Assembly: GCF_006345805.1 (NCBI RefSeq)
Contig: NC_043002.1
Location: forward strand, 39,866,001-39,930,000
Source: Octopus sinensis
Taxonomy: Eukaryota
Direction of reading: 5' to 3'
DNA length: 64,000 bases
Part shown: positions 11,959 to 23,480 of the stretch, piece by piece
How positions within the stretch are numbered: the stretch's first letter is position 1
Layout of the letters: every line of letters starts with the position of its first letter
The notes under the pieces: generated by a model
What the model was told of the DNA's origin: nothing
Databases searched by the model: none
Seen by the model: the letters and a program-made list of their open reading frames with translations, nothing else
Translations under genes and position numbers: made by a program

Positions 11959-13810
11959 CATCATCATCATCATCATCGTTTAACGTCCGTTCTCCATGCT
12001 AGCATGGGTTGGACGGTTCGACCGGGGATCTGGGAAGCCAGAAGGCTGCACCAGGCTCCAGTCTTATCTGGCAATGTTTCTACAGCTGGATGCCCTTCCT
12101 AACGCCAACCACTCCATGAGTGTAGTGGGTGCTTTTTACGTGCCACCTGCACAGGTGCCAGGCGAGGCTGGCAACGGCCACGGTCGGATTGGTGTATTTT
12201 ATGTGCCACCGGCACGGAAGCCAGTCGAGGCGGTGCTGGCATCGGCCACGAGTCGGATAGTGCTTTTTACGTACCACCAGACCAGGGATCCTGGCTGGTT
12301 CAATTCGATTTTGATTTCACTTGCCCCAACATGTCTTCACAAGCAAAGGGGGTTGGCATGGGTGCCTGTAGTACAGTCGGATTGGAGTATTTTACGTGCC
12401 ACCGGCACGGAAGCCAGTGGAGGCGGCGCTGGCATCGGCCACGAGTCGGATAGTGCTTTTTACGTACCACCAGACCAGGGATCCTGGCTGGTTCAATTCG
12501 GTTTCGATTTCAATTTCGCTTGCCCCAACATGTCTTCGCAAGCAAAGGGGGTTGGCATGGGTGCCTGTCGTCGGATGAGGTTCTATATCGACTTCGCTTG
12601 CCTCAACAGGTCTTTGTGTCCAAGGGAGGAAAGGCATTTATAAGTGGGCTGGGCTTACTTGTCCTGCCTGGTCTTCTCACGTACAGAATATTTCCAAAGG
12701 TCTCGGTCACTGGTCATTACCTCAGTGAGGCCTAAAGTTCGAAGGTCGTGCTTCACCACCTCGTCCCAGGTTTTCCTGGGTCTACCTCTTCCATGGGTTC
12801 CCTCAACTGCTAGGGATTGGCACTTTCTCACACACCTATCTTCATCCATTCTCGCCACATGACCATACCAGCACAATCGTCTCTCTTGCACACCACAACT
12901 GATGCTTCTTAGGTACAACATTTCTCTCAAGGTGCTAACGCTCTGTCGAGTATGTACACTGACATTACACATCCATCGGAGCATACTGGCTTCATTCCTC
13001 ACGAGCTTACGCATGTCCTCAGCAGTCACGGCCCATGTTTCACTGCCATGTAGCATGGCTGTTCGTACACACGCATCATACAGTCTGCCTTTTACTCTGA
13101 GCGAGAGGCCTTTAGTCACCAGCAGAGGTAAGAGCTCCCTAAACTTTGCCCAGGCTATTCTTATTCTAGCAGTTACACTTTCAGCGCACCCACCCCCACT
13201 ACTGACTTGGTCACCTAGATAATGGAAGCTATCAACTACTTCTAGTTTTTCCCCCTGGAAAGTGACGGAAGTTGTTTTCTGCAGATTTTCGGAGGTTAAT
13301 GCTCCCGAGCATCTGCCACATACAAAAACTATCTTCCCAGTTAGCCTACCTTTGACATTGCTGCACCTCTTATGTGTCCATAGCTTACACTGGGTACATC
13401 TTATAGAGTTTCTACCTACACCTTTTCTACAGATCGAGCAGGGCCATCTTCCTGAAAACATTTGTGGATTGTCTACCTTCCTACTTATTAGGACTTTGGT
13501 TTTAGCTAGGTTGACTCTAAGGCCCCTCGATTCTAAACCCTCCTTCCACACCTGGAACTTCTCCTCCAGTTCTGATAGTGACTCGGCAATAAGAGCAAGG
13601 TCGTCAGCGTAGAGGAGCTCCCAGGGACAACCTGTCTTGAATTCCTCCGTAATTGCCTGGAGGACTATGATAAATAGGAGGGGGCTGAGTACTGAACCAT
13701 GGTGGACCCCAACCTCTACTTTGAATTCTTCTGTGTACATGTTGCCAACCCTAACCTTACTTACGGCATCTCTGTACATGGCTTGCACAGTCCTCACCAG
13801 CCATTCATCT
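11959..13810 (-). mobile_element. Young 5'-truncated RTE-clade LINE with 3' UTR and (ATG)n tail
   Basis: Uninterrupted RT C-terminal frame, modular 3' UTR with a ~190-bp internal duplication, tail at 11959-11977, flanked by (TA)n. Confidence 0.95.
12655..13809 (-). pseudogene. RTE reverse transcriptase C-terminal 385 codons with embedded C4HC3 finger
   Basis: DEWLVRTVQAMY..GVHHGSVLSPLLF..LLYADDL..VNLAKTK..YLGD..LHGSETW..WYGHVARM..GRPRKTW. No stop; 5' end truncated, and the tracked ORF's N-terminus comes from microsatellite. Confidence 0.92.
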
Positions 13811-14039
13811 ATATATAATATTTGTGTGTGTGTGTATATGCATGAGTGTGTGTGTGTGTGTATGTACATGTGTACACAAAGAAGGCATGGGGTGGGGGAT
13901 AAAGGAAAGATATCTAATTCTACATGAGCAGAGCAACCCATTAGCTCTTAGGTAAGGCAGCATGTTAAATGAATAGCGAGGTGGAAAATATCAGGAAACA
14001 TTTCATTATTGTTTTTAAAGTCCACTTTCCATACAAGCA

Positions 14040-14230
14040 TCTGTTGAATGGAATTTGTTGAGGCAGATTTTCTACAGCTGGATACCCTTCCTGTCACCAA
14101 CCCCTACCCACTCCCAACTAAGGTAATATTTTCCCCATGATCAGAAACGTTTTCATGGAAGACTGGAAATGAAGGACACTCCTTGTGTAAGTGATGTTCA
14201 TTTACAACTATCATGTGATGTCATGGCAAG
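14040..14230 (-). mobile_element. RTE-related 3' end variant (similar at 23585-23770, 40855-41110, 47540-47720, 49625-49780)
   Basis: Shared ctggatacccttcctgtcaccaaccc...ggtaatattttccccatga segment. Confidence 0.6.
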
Positions 14231-15667
14231 AAGACAGTATGGCACACACACATATGCTTACTCACACATACATATGTATACATATACATATATATGTGAC
14301 AGGCTTCTTTCAATTTCCATCTACCAAATTTACACACAAAGTTTTGATTAATCTTGAGCTAGAGTAGAAGACACTTACCCAAGGTATCACTGTGAAATTG
14401 AACCCAGAGCAAAATGTAGTTGGCAAGCAAGTCAATTACCACATAGCCACAGTATGAAAACTTCATAATGAATGGCATGCTATTATATTTGATGTAGTAA
14501 TAATTTTCATCTAATTAAAATCACACCCTTAGTGTTGAGAACAAATCAGCAGCTAAAGAATTTTGATAAAAGGCAAAGTAGTTTTCATGTTGCAGATGTT
14601 CCAATGTGTTTTTCTGTAATTCTTCTTTGAATTATTATTTCCACCATTGTCCACTGATAAAAAAAAAACAGAAATACATTATTTCTCTATTTATTCTAAA
14701 ATCTTGTAGTCATAGACTATGCTTCAATGATGAGCTTTCATAATGCTGAAATATGCCTGAAATTGTCTCCCTTGCCTTTTATTTTACTAGAATTAGTTAA
14801 TGACATATTCTTATCACTGAGGGTATTATTTTGAGTAATTAAAATTTCTTGGCTTAATTACATAAAGTATGCTAGCACTCCCTTTTAGTTATTAAATATG
14901 TCAAATATGCTGACAAAAATACAAAAACAAATGGCAATATACAATTGAAAATACAAACTGTCCAAATCTAAAAGCTATGAACAACTCTGATGATGATAAA
15001 GCAATTCATAAACTTTATTTCCTAGATAATTTAATCAATGTTTGAATTGTGATAGCTAAGTGAAGTCTAAACCATTACTGATTAGAGAAAGAGTTTTTTT
15101 ATAACATTTTATATGTAAGAAAATCAGGATATACAATGTATGTGCCAAAAGTATGGCATATAAAACAAAGACAAAGAATTAGTAATAAAAAGCATTTTTT
15201 AAAAACTTCCAGAAAATAAAGAAGAATAGCAGTTGTTGTTGTACAACCCTGGGTTAATTTTCACTGGGCAGACTCATGATCAAAGGCATTCAATTGATGA
15301 CCATCCCTTCTTTTTTCTAAGTGCATTACAACCATGACTTCATTATCCAATATATTTTCCTCGTTAAGATGATTCCTTTGTTTTATGTTCACTTTTCAAT
15401 GCTGGCATAGATTGGCTGGATACTTATTTGAGACAGTATAGAGATTTTATGATGTGATGCTCTTCTCATTATGCTAATCCTTACCTGTTTTACCAGTAAG
15501 GAATTTCCATTCACCTTAACTTATAAAGTGCTGAGCTATAAGACATATTATTCACAGGGAATGTAATTATTGTGGTAGTCTGATGTGAAGACACAGAAAA
15601 TCAACATACATCCACAAATGCATATACACACGTAATACAGAAGTGTGTGTGTGTTTGTATGTGTGTA

Positions 15668-15716
<49 letters not shown>

Positions 15717-15947
15717 TATATATATAGATAGATAGATAGATATATAAATCTGTATTTTGTTACGTTTCATTTGTCTTGCTTGCTTATGTTCTGGTGTTTG
15801 CTAAATTTTTCTTGAGAACATTTCTTAGTGGTAAGACCATAGCGGATCTACTTCTAGCATAAGGGTTGTCCGCATAGTGGTCATCCCTCTTATATGTGTA
15901 TATCTATATATATATATCTGTGTGTGTGTGTATGTGTACATATATCT

Positions 15948-16667
15948 TATAATTATAAACATAATTATAATCAGGGGGCAGCTAATTGCTTCACCACGCA
16001 CCAAATTTAGAAATAAGAGTTAAAATACCTTTTCCGCTACCATAACTATCTCCCAGACAGTAACACACTTTTTTTAACATAGGCAAAGAGAAAAAATAAC
16101 AAATCCACACAATTCAGATTAGCCACATACACGTTTCGGGATTAAAGTAAAGTTATATTTACTTATTTATTTTCCATCTTCAGTGCAGCGTTTCAAATAT
16201 GAATTTGAGAGTGTTAGAATTAAATATGTACGTGATCAAGAGTCATCGCATAACTGATATTCAGCCAACACTTCCAAAAATATACAGCCAAATGTGAACA
16301 AGTATTTATCCTCAAATACCTACGTGTATTATGAGTAATCCTGCAGAAACTGCAGTTTTCAATCAGGGAGTTAATTATATTTCAATAATAACAAAAGGAT
16401 AAAATTAATTTATTAATTAATAATTAATAATTTTATCAAGTACTTCGGTACATTAAAATAACCTTTTTAGGTAAAATTATACAAATATTCTATAATTATA
16501 AACATTATAATCAGGGGTCAGCTAATTGCTTCACCATGCACCAAATTTTGAATAGTGTGGATTCATTATTTTTCCTCTTTGCCTACGTTAAAAAAAGTGT
16601 GTTACTATCTGGGAGATATTTATGGTAATGGAAAAGGTATTTTAACTCCTATTTCTAAATTCGGTGC
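15948..16667 (-). mobile_element. Hammerhead-bearing, terminally redundant ~540-bp unit plus an inverted 108-bp segment (Penelope-like/retrozyme-like)
   Basis: Direct repeat A at 15948-16008 and 16491-16548; inverted repeat B at 16009-16116 versus 16549-16656 (~91% identity); hammerhead at 16122-16189. Confidence 0.7.
16122..16189 (-). ncRNA. Type I minimal hammerhead ribozyme motif
   Basis: Minus strand GCTGCA-CTGAAGA-T GGA..AAGTAAA tataac TTTACTT..TCC C-GAAA-CGTGT-A-TGTGGC. Stem I 6 bp (2 G.U), stem III ACGTGT self-complementary with wobbles, GUA cleavage triplet. Confidence 0.7.
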
Positions 16668-16962
16668 CGTTTCATTGGTTCGATAGCGTGATGTGATTTT
16701 TTTACACATATATGTAATGTGCATATATATCATCAGCAGAAGTTAGAGAGTAAGTCAAGAGCTGAGAGTTTTGTGTATTGGCACTTATCAAACACAAATT
16801 TGTCCATTGTCAGTCAGTAACATCTGATGAAATAACTTCTAAAATACAAAATTTTGTCAAAAACGTTAAGAGTAAACTCTGTTCTATGTGACACATTCTA
16901 CCAGTATTGGAAGTTTGAAAGTGTTCAGTTAAAAAAAAATTATTAAAAAATTTGTACATCAA

Positions 16963-17613
16963 AGTCGACCTCAGCAAAATTTTAACTCAAAATATAAAGA
17001 TGGACAAAATACCTATTTCTTTACTACCCACAAGGGGCTAAACACAGAGGAGACAAACAAGGACAGACAGACGGATTAAGTCGATTATATCAACCCCAGT
17101 GCGTAACTGGTACTTAATTTATCAACCACGAAAGGATGAAAGGCAAAGTCAACCTTGGCGGAATTTAAACTCAGAATGTAACGGCAGACGAAATACCTAT
17201 TTCTTAACTACCCACAAGGGGCTAAACACAGAAGGGACAAACAAAGACAGACAAACAGATTAAGTCGATTATATCGACCCCAATGCATAACTGGTACTTA
17301 ATTTATCGACCCCGAAAGGATGAAAGGTAAAGTCAACCTTGGCGGAATTTAAACCCAGAATGTAACGGCAGACGAAATACCTATTTCTTTACTACCCACA
17401 AAGGGCTAAACACAGAAGGGACAAACAAAGACAGACAAACAGATTAAGTCGATTATATCGACCCCAATGCATAACTGGTACTTAATTTATCGACCCCGAA
17501 AGGATGAAAGGTAAAGTCAACCTTGGCGGAATTTAAACCCAGAATGTAACGGCAGACGAAATACTGCTAAGCATTTCACCCAGCATGCTAATATTTCTTC
17601 CAGCTCACTGCCT
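16963..17613 (-). mobile_element. SINE family A multimer (one head, 3 full 184-bp body units and a partial fourth)
   Basis: aaatac recurs at 17007, 17191, 17375 and 17559; head ggcagtgagctggaag at the right end. Confidence 0.9.
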
Positions 17614-17744
17614 TAGAATGTAAACATTCATTTTAGAAATATATTCTTTATTCTTATTGCCTAAGCATTACTCCCTTACTTCCTTACTTACTGACATGAA
17701 GTTTCGTAACATTTTACCTTATAACTCTTTTTCTTCTCATTTAC

Positions 17745-17950
17745 TCTTTTATTTGTTTAAATCATTTGACTGCGGCCATGCTGGAGCACCGCCTTTTAGT
17801 CGAGCAAATGGACCCCAGGACTTATTCTTTGTATACCTGGTACTTATTCTATCGGTGTCTTTTGCCAAACCACTAAGTTACGGGGATGTAAACACACCAG
17901 CATCAGTTGTCAAGCGATGTTGGGGGGACAAACACAGACACAAACACACA

Positions 17951-17998
<48 letters not shown>

Positions 17999-18188
17999 AC
18001 ACACATATATATTTATACACACATATATACGATGGGCTTCTTTTCAGTTTCTGTCTACCAAATCCACTCACAAGGCTTTGGTCAGCCCGAGGCTATAGTA
18101 GAAGACACTTGCCCAAGGTACCACACAGTGGGACTGAACCCGGAACCATGTGGTTCATAAACAAGCTACTTACCACACAGCCACTCCT
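17745..18188 (-). mobile_element. Full-length SINE family B (tRNA-like head, internal microsatellite, tail)
   Basis: Reverse complement of the 21167-21575 copy. Confidence 0.9.
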
Positions 18189-18565
18189 ACTAATTATTAT
18201 TTCAATGTAACTAATGATTCTGAATTCCTCATGCATTTTTCTGTCATTTAAGCCTAAGGAAAGTATACTTTTAATTTAAATTCTAAAAATTTATGTTAAT
18301 TGATGAATATGTTAATTGATGAATATCTTCCTTACTTCCCTCTTTGAGGTCACAGATATTTTGGTGTAACTTTTTTTCTACTGAACCAAATCTCAAACTA
18401 TTCATGCTAATGTGTAGCTGAGGAGGTGTCCTCTTTAAAACTATTAACAGTTTGTAATTTAGTTGAGAACTGAATTAGTGGTGAAGCTTGGAAACTGCTG
18501 CAATTGACATAATGGTGGACTTAGGAATATATTCAACCACAACCGTGGTTGAATGATATCAATCA

Positions 18566-18641
<76 letters not shown>

Positions 18642-18669
18642 ATTTATACACACACACACGCACACACAC

Positions 18670-18704
<35 letters not shown>

Positions 18705-19680
18705 TGTATGTGTGTGTATACTTACACATGATGAGCTTCCATACTATTTCTATCAATGAATTCCACTCACAGAACATTGGTCAACCTAAACCTATTACGG
18801 AAGACACCTGCCCAAAGTGATTGGGAGTGAAATAGAACTTGAAACGACATGGTCATGAAGCAAACTCTGTAACCACACAACCATGCTGGCAACTAATGTA
18901 GGGGTGTACTCTGAGCAAAATTTGGCTGTTGTTTCAGTCAGGTTGAACAATAACTTAGAGACTCACTCACTCGATGGCCCAACAGATAAAAATGACCAGA
19001 GTTTTTGATCTATAATTTGAATTTCAGAGATAGACTAGGTGTCAATGATTAATGGGATGTATGTGAGAAAGGCAAATGGAATGTTCTAGATACATCACAA
19101 AAGTAAATGACTGAATATGAATAATAATGTATTATGAAAGCTATCAGGTTAGTAGTGATAAGCTACATGATATCAAAGGAAATATGATACAAAAAATTAA
19201 ATGACAAAGATAATTATTGAGAGGACACCATTTGCAGCTTAATAACAAAGCAAGATATAAAAACTAACATTGATGGTTAAGAAAGATTATGGAAGTAATA
19301 ATGGCTTTGGTAGTGATTATTATATCAACATTTGGCACAGGCATGGCAGGGCTGTGTGGTTAAGATGTTTGCTTTCCAACCATGTGAATGTGTAGATGTG
19401 GGTTCAATCCCATAGCACAGTAACTTGGACAGACAAGTGTCTTCCACCGTAGGTTTCTGGATGTCCTATGCTTTCTGAGTAGGACTTGGTAGACAGAAAC
19501 TGCAAGAAAGCCCATCACATATCTCCTCCTCCTCCTCCTCCTCCCATCCATTATCATCATCAACATCATTAGCAGCAGCAACAACAGCATACTTGCATAC
19601 ATTAGGGAAGTTAGTTGAGGCTTATTTTCTACTGCTGATGAGGGTTCACCTGTTTCCAAGCGATATATGTGTGCATGTAG

Positions 19681-19905
19681 GGCGGCAAGCTGGCAGAATC
19701 GTTAGCATGCTGGATGAAATGCTTAGAGGTATTTCATCTACCATTACGTTCTGAGTTCAAATTCTGCCAAGGTCAACTTTGCCTTTCAGGGTCGATTAAA
19801 TAAGTACCAGTTATGCACTGGGGTTGATGCAATCGACTTAATCCCATTGTCTGTCCTTGTTTGTCTCCTCTACATTTAGTCCCCTATGGGCAATAAAGAA
19901 ATAAA
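19681..19905 (+). mobile_element. SINE family A monomer (ggcggcgagctggcagaa...)
   Basis: Head, B-box-like gagttcaaattc, ggtcaactttgcctttc core, aagaaata tail. Confidence 0.9.
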
Positions 19906-20726
19906 TAAGTGCGTGCATGTGTGTTGTTTACATTTATGATGTAGATGACAATGTGCATGGCACCTTTTGCAAATGTCTTCTACTATAAGCCCCAAGCCAA
20001 CCAAAGCCTTGTGAGTGGATTTGGATGACAGAAACTGCAAGTAGCCCATTATAAACGTGTGTGTGTGTGTTTGAAGAAGATGATGATGATGATGATGACG
20101 ACGACGACGGCAACGACGACGACGACGACGGCAACGACGACGATGATGACGACAATGATGCTAATGAGGATACACATACACAGACACATGCTCGTGTGTG
20201 CACATGCACACATATGTATGCCATTTCATGATGTGAATAATATTACTGGAGATGCAGGTGAAGCGGTCAATGACTTGGAAAGTGGGTTTAGGTGCATGTA
20301 AAGTACTGACATCTTAAACAAAAATACGGATGTTGGAACGGGAAAATGCTTGAGGTTAGGTGTGACAAGAGGTGAAAAAATTCCTAGCAACCAGAAAATC
20401 ACGTAGTCTACTCTACATTTATCTTATGAACAAGATTTTTAACACATATTTTTACCAACTTCATAGAAATTTAAACCTTAATTAATCTTGGCAGAAATTA
20501 AGTTTTAGAATTGCTGCCAGCAAATGTAGTTTCAACAAAACACACTATTAGTGAAACATTCTAAATTCTAATAACTACAGCAAGAAGTAATGCTAATTGG
20601 CAATCAGCAACGCGTAAATAAATGCTAATTGAGTTGTTTGCATGCATAATTTGAAATTTAATATGTTGGATTTTGTGAAACTTCACTATTTTCTTTTAGC
20701 TTTATAATTGTTCATATCAAACTATA

Positions 20727-20880
20727 ATGGGCTTGTTACATGATATGAACCAGAAGCATCAGCAGCAGCAGCAGCTGTTCAAGAATTTGGACCTGGAGAT
20801 CTCAATTTCCAGCAACTTCGAGGGCCACCTCCCAGTGGTGTCGGTCGTCAATGAAGAGCCCTCGACAACAACAAGACAAC
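20727..20880 (+). other. GC3-biased coding-like island (MGLLHDMNQKHQQQQQLFKNLDLEISISSNFEGHLPVVSVVNEEPST)
   Basis: 29 of 36 codons from the first CAG to ACA end in G/C; ATG in a good Kozak-like context; product unrecognised. Confidence 0.3.
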
Positions 20881-21166
20881 CAAAGTTTTTTTTTTCCAAG
20901 GCCTGGGGTCTCCCGCCCCTAAGCCCTAGACCATCACCTAATCACCCTTACCCGTCTTGTTGCTTAACAACAACAACCACAGCAGCAGCAGTGTTGTTGT
21001 TGTTGTTGTTGTTGTATAGCATTAGGTTAACTAGACTGAGATACAAGATGGTCATGGCTGGAAAGCTGAGACTCTATCTTTCAGGATTTAGGATAAGCTT
21101 ATTCACCTCCAATATTTATTATATTGGTCTGAGTTGTTCACTGCTACTTGGTGAAAAAAAAATGAA

Positions 21167-21575
21167 AGAGTGGCTGTGTGGTAAGTAGCTTGCTTACCAA
21201 CCACATGGTTCCGGGTTCAGTCCCACTGTGTGGCGCCTTGGGCAAGTGTCTACTACTATAGCCTTGGGCCAACCAAAGCCTGGTGAGTGGATTTGGTAGA
21301 CGGAAACTGAAAGAAGCCCGTCGTATATATGTATATGTATATATATGTGTGTGCGTTTGTGTGTCTGTGTTTGTCCCCCCCCCCCACCAACATTGCTTGA
21401 CAACCGATGCTGGTGTGTTTATGTTTCCATAACTTAGAAGTTCAGCAAAAAGAGACCGATAGAATAAGTACTAGGCTTACAAAAAATAAGTCCTGGGGTC
21501 GATTTGCTTGACTAAAGGTGGTGCTCCAGCATGGCCACAGTTAAATGACTGAAACAAGTAAAAGAGTAAATGAGT
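21167..21575 (+). mobile_element. Full-length SINE family B
   Basis: gagtggctgtgtggtaagtagcttgcttaccaaccacatggttccgggttcagtccc...gactgaaacaagtaaaagag. Confidence 0.9.
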
Positions 21576-21824
21576 AAGGGTATATTTATGCAAAGACATA
21601 TAAAAAGAGGAGGAATTCAGAGATCCAGCAGTGCCTTGAGAGCAATCCACCGATGAAGAACCAGATCACAGCTGTTGCTGGTTCATATTTATTTGTGTAA
21701 ATTATTTACAAAATGATTTTATGTAATGCATGAGAATGAAGACTCAGCAACTTAAACAAATGTTGTAATTTGTTATCAAAGCTTGTTTCCTCCTACACAT
21801 CTTCTTGTTGTGGTGCTTTTCACG

Positions 21825-22300
21825 TGCTCCATGCTAGCATGGGTTGGACGGTTCGACCGGGGATCTGGGAAGCCAGAAGGCTGCACCAGGCTCCGGTCTT
21901 ATCTGGCAATGTTTCTACGGCTGGATGCCCTTCCTAACGCCAACCACTCCATGAGTGTAGTGGGTGCTTTTTACGTGCCACCTGCACTGGTGCCAGGCGA
22001 GGCTGGCATCAGCCACGGTCAGATTGGTGCATTTTACGTGCCACCTGCACTGGTGCCAGGCGAGGCTGGCATCGGCCACGGTCAGATTGGTGCATTTTAC
22101 GTGCCACCTGCACAGAAGCCAGTCGAGGCGGCACTGGCTTCGGCCACGATTCGGATGGTGCTTTTTACGTGCCACCGACACGGAAGCCAGTCGAGGCGGC
22201 GCTGGCATCGGCTACGATTCGGATAGTGCTTTTTACGTATCTCCAGTCCAGGGGTCCTGGCATCTGCTGGGTGCCAGTCATAGGATTGGTTCAATGAATA
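21825..22300 (-). mobile_element. RTE 3' UTR fragment with expanded 63/68-bp GC-rich tandem modules
   Basis: Module starts at 21963, 22026, 22089, 22157 and 22225; ccatgctagcatgg at 21829-21842. Confidence 0.85.
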
Positions 22301-22304
22301 TATA

Positions 22305-22985
22305 AATGGTTGTATGGTAAAAAGCTTGCTTCCCAGCCACATGGTTCTGGGTTCAGTCCCACTGCATGGTACCTTGGGCAAGTGCCTTCTACTATAGCTT
22401 CAGGTTGACTAAAGCCTTATTTGTCGCCCCCCCCCCCCCCCACCACCACCACCACTTGGCAACCAATGTTGGTGTGTTTATATCAGAGCTGTGGAGTCGA
22501 TACAAAAAACTTCAACTCCGACTCCGACTCCAACTCTGACTCCTCTACTATTGGCCCCGGCCCGACTCTGACTCCTCTTTATGTAATTAAGTGATTGTGG
22601 TCTACATATTTCATGAAGCATATGCATATGATTGTACTTTGAGTAGGCCTTTATGTTATAACTGGTTTTTATTAAAGAATAAAAATATTGTGAGTCGGAG
22701 TCGGAGTCAGTATAGTTTTACAAACTCCGACTCCAGCTACCCCTTAATTATTTCTGAACTCTGTCTCTGACTCTGACCTCTTGACTCCAACTCTGACTCC
22801 ACAACTCTGACTCTGACACCCCAGCCCTGGTTTACATCCCTGTAACTTAGCAGTTCAACAAAAGAGACTGATAGAATAAGTACCAGGCTTGAAAAATAAG
22901 TACTGGGGTTGATTCGTTCAACTAAACTTCTTCAAGATGCTGTCCCAGAATGGTTGCAGTCTAATGACTAAAACAAGACAAAGAT
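22305..22985 (+). mobile_element. SINE family B interrupted by a hAT-like element
   Basis: Head 22305-22410; body resumes at 22830 gtttacatccctgtaacttag. Confidence 0.8.
22484..22829. mobile_element. Non-autonomous hAT-like element with (GGAGTC)n subterminal repeats
   Basis: Ends cagagctg / cagccctg; 8-bp TSD gtttatat (22476-22483) / gtttacat (22830-22837). Confidence 0.8.
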
Positions 22986-23042
22986 CATTCATTCAATCAT
23001 TCATTCATTCATTCATTCATTCATTCATACATACATACACAC

Positions 23043-23085
<43 letters not shown>

Positions 23086-23145
23086 TACATACATACATAC
23101 ATACATACATACATACATACATACATACATACATACATACATACG

Positions 23146-23480
23146 TACATTGAAAATCAGTGAAAAAGAGAATACCTACACTGAACTATTGAGAAATTTG
23201 CAATTACTCTTTCCAGATTACAAGTTCAGGTTTATACCTGTAATTATTGGGGCCCTAGGATATGTAACACACTGCCTAAATACCAATCTTGAGAAATTAG
23301 GCTTCCCAAAACCAGAAAGGAGAAAGCTAATTCGAAGACTATAGATCCAGTCCATCACTGGAACTGTAAAAATCTATAAAACTTTCCAGAAGTTTAACAT
23401 TTAAATACATATGAGCATGTCTAGATATGCAACTATGGGCATGAAAATACATACATAAAACAAAACATACAAGAATACAT
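23146..23480 (+). pseudogene. 3' end of an RLE-type non-LTR retrotransposon (R4/Dong-like) inserted in (TACA)n
   Basis: KENTYTELLRNLQLLFPDYKFRFIPVIIGALGYV..LEKLGF..LIRRL*IQSITGTVKIYKTF matches the K..KY..L / IPVIIGALG C-terminus of restriction-like-endonuclease elements. The short 3' UTR runs into TACA repeats. Confidence 0.75.

Noticed and set aside
13810-13941. N-terminal 44 codons of the 428-aa ORF as a real start
   Set aside because: Derived from flanking microsatellite and unique DNA; the LINE is 5'-truncated at ~13810 and lacks the endonuclease and the N-terminal RT.
21963-22240. CRISPR-like repeat/spacer appearance
   Set aside because: The spacers are homologous to each other, the array is part of an RTE 3' UTR, there are no cas genes, and the context is eukaryotic.
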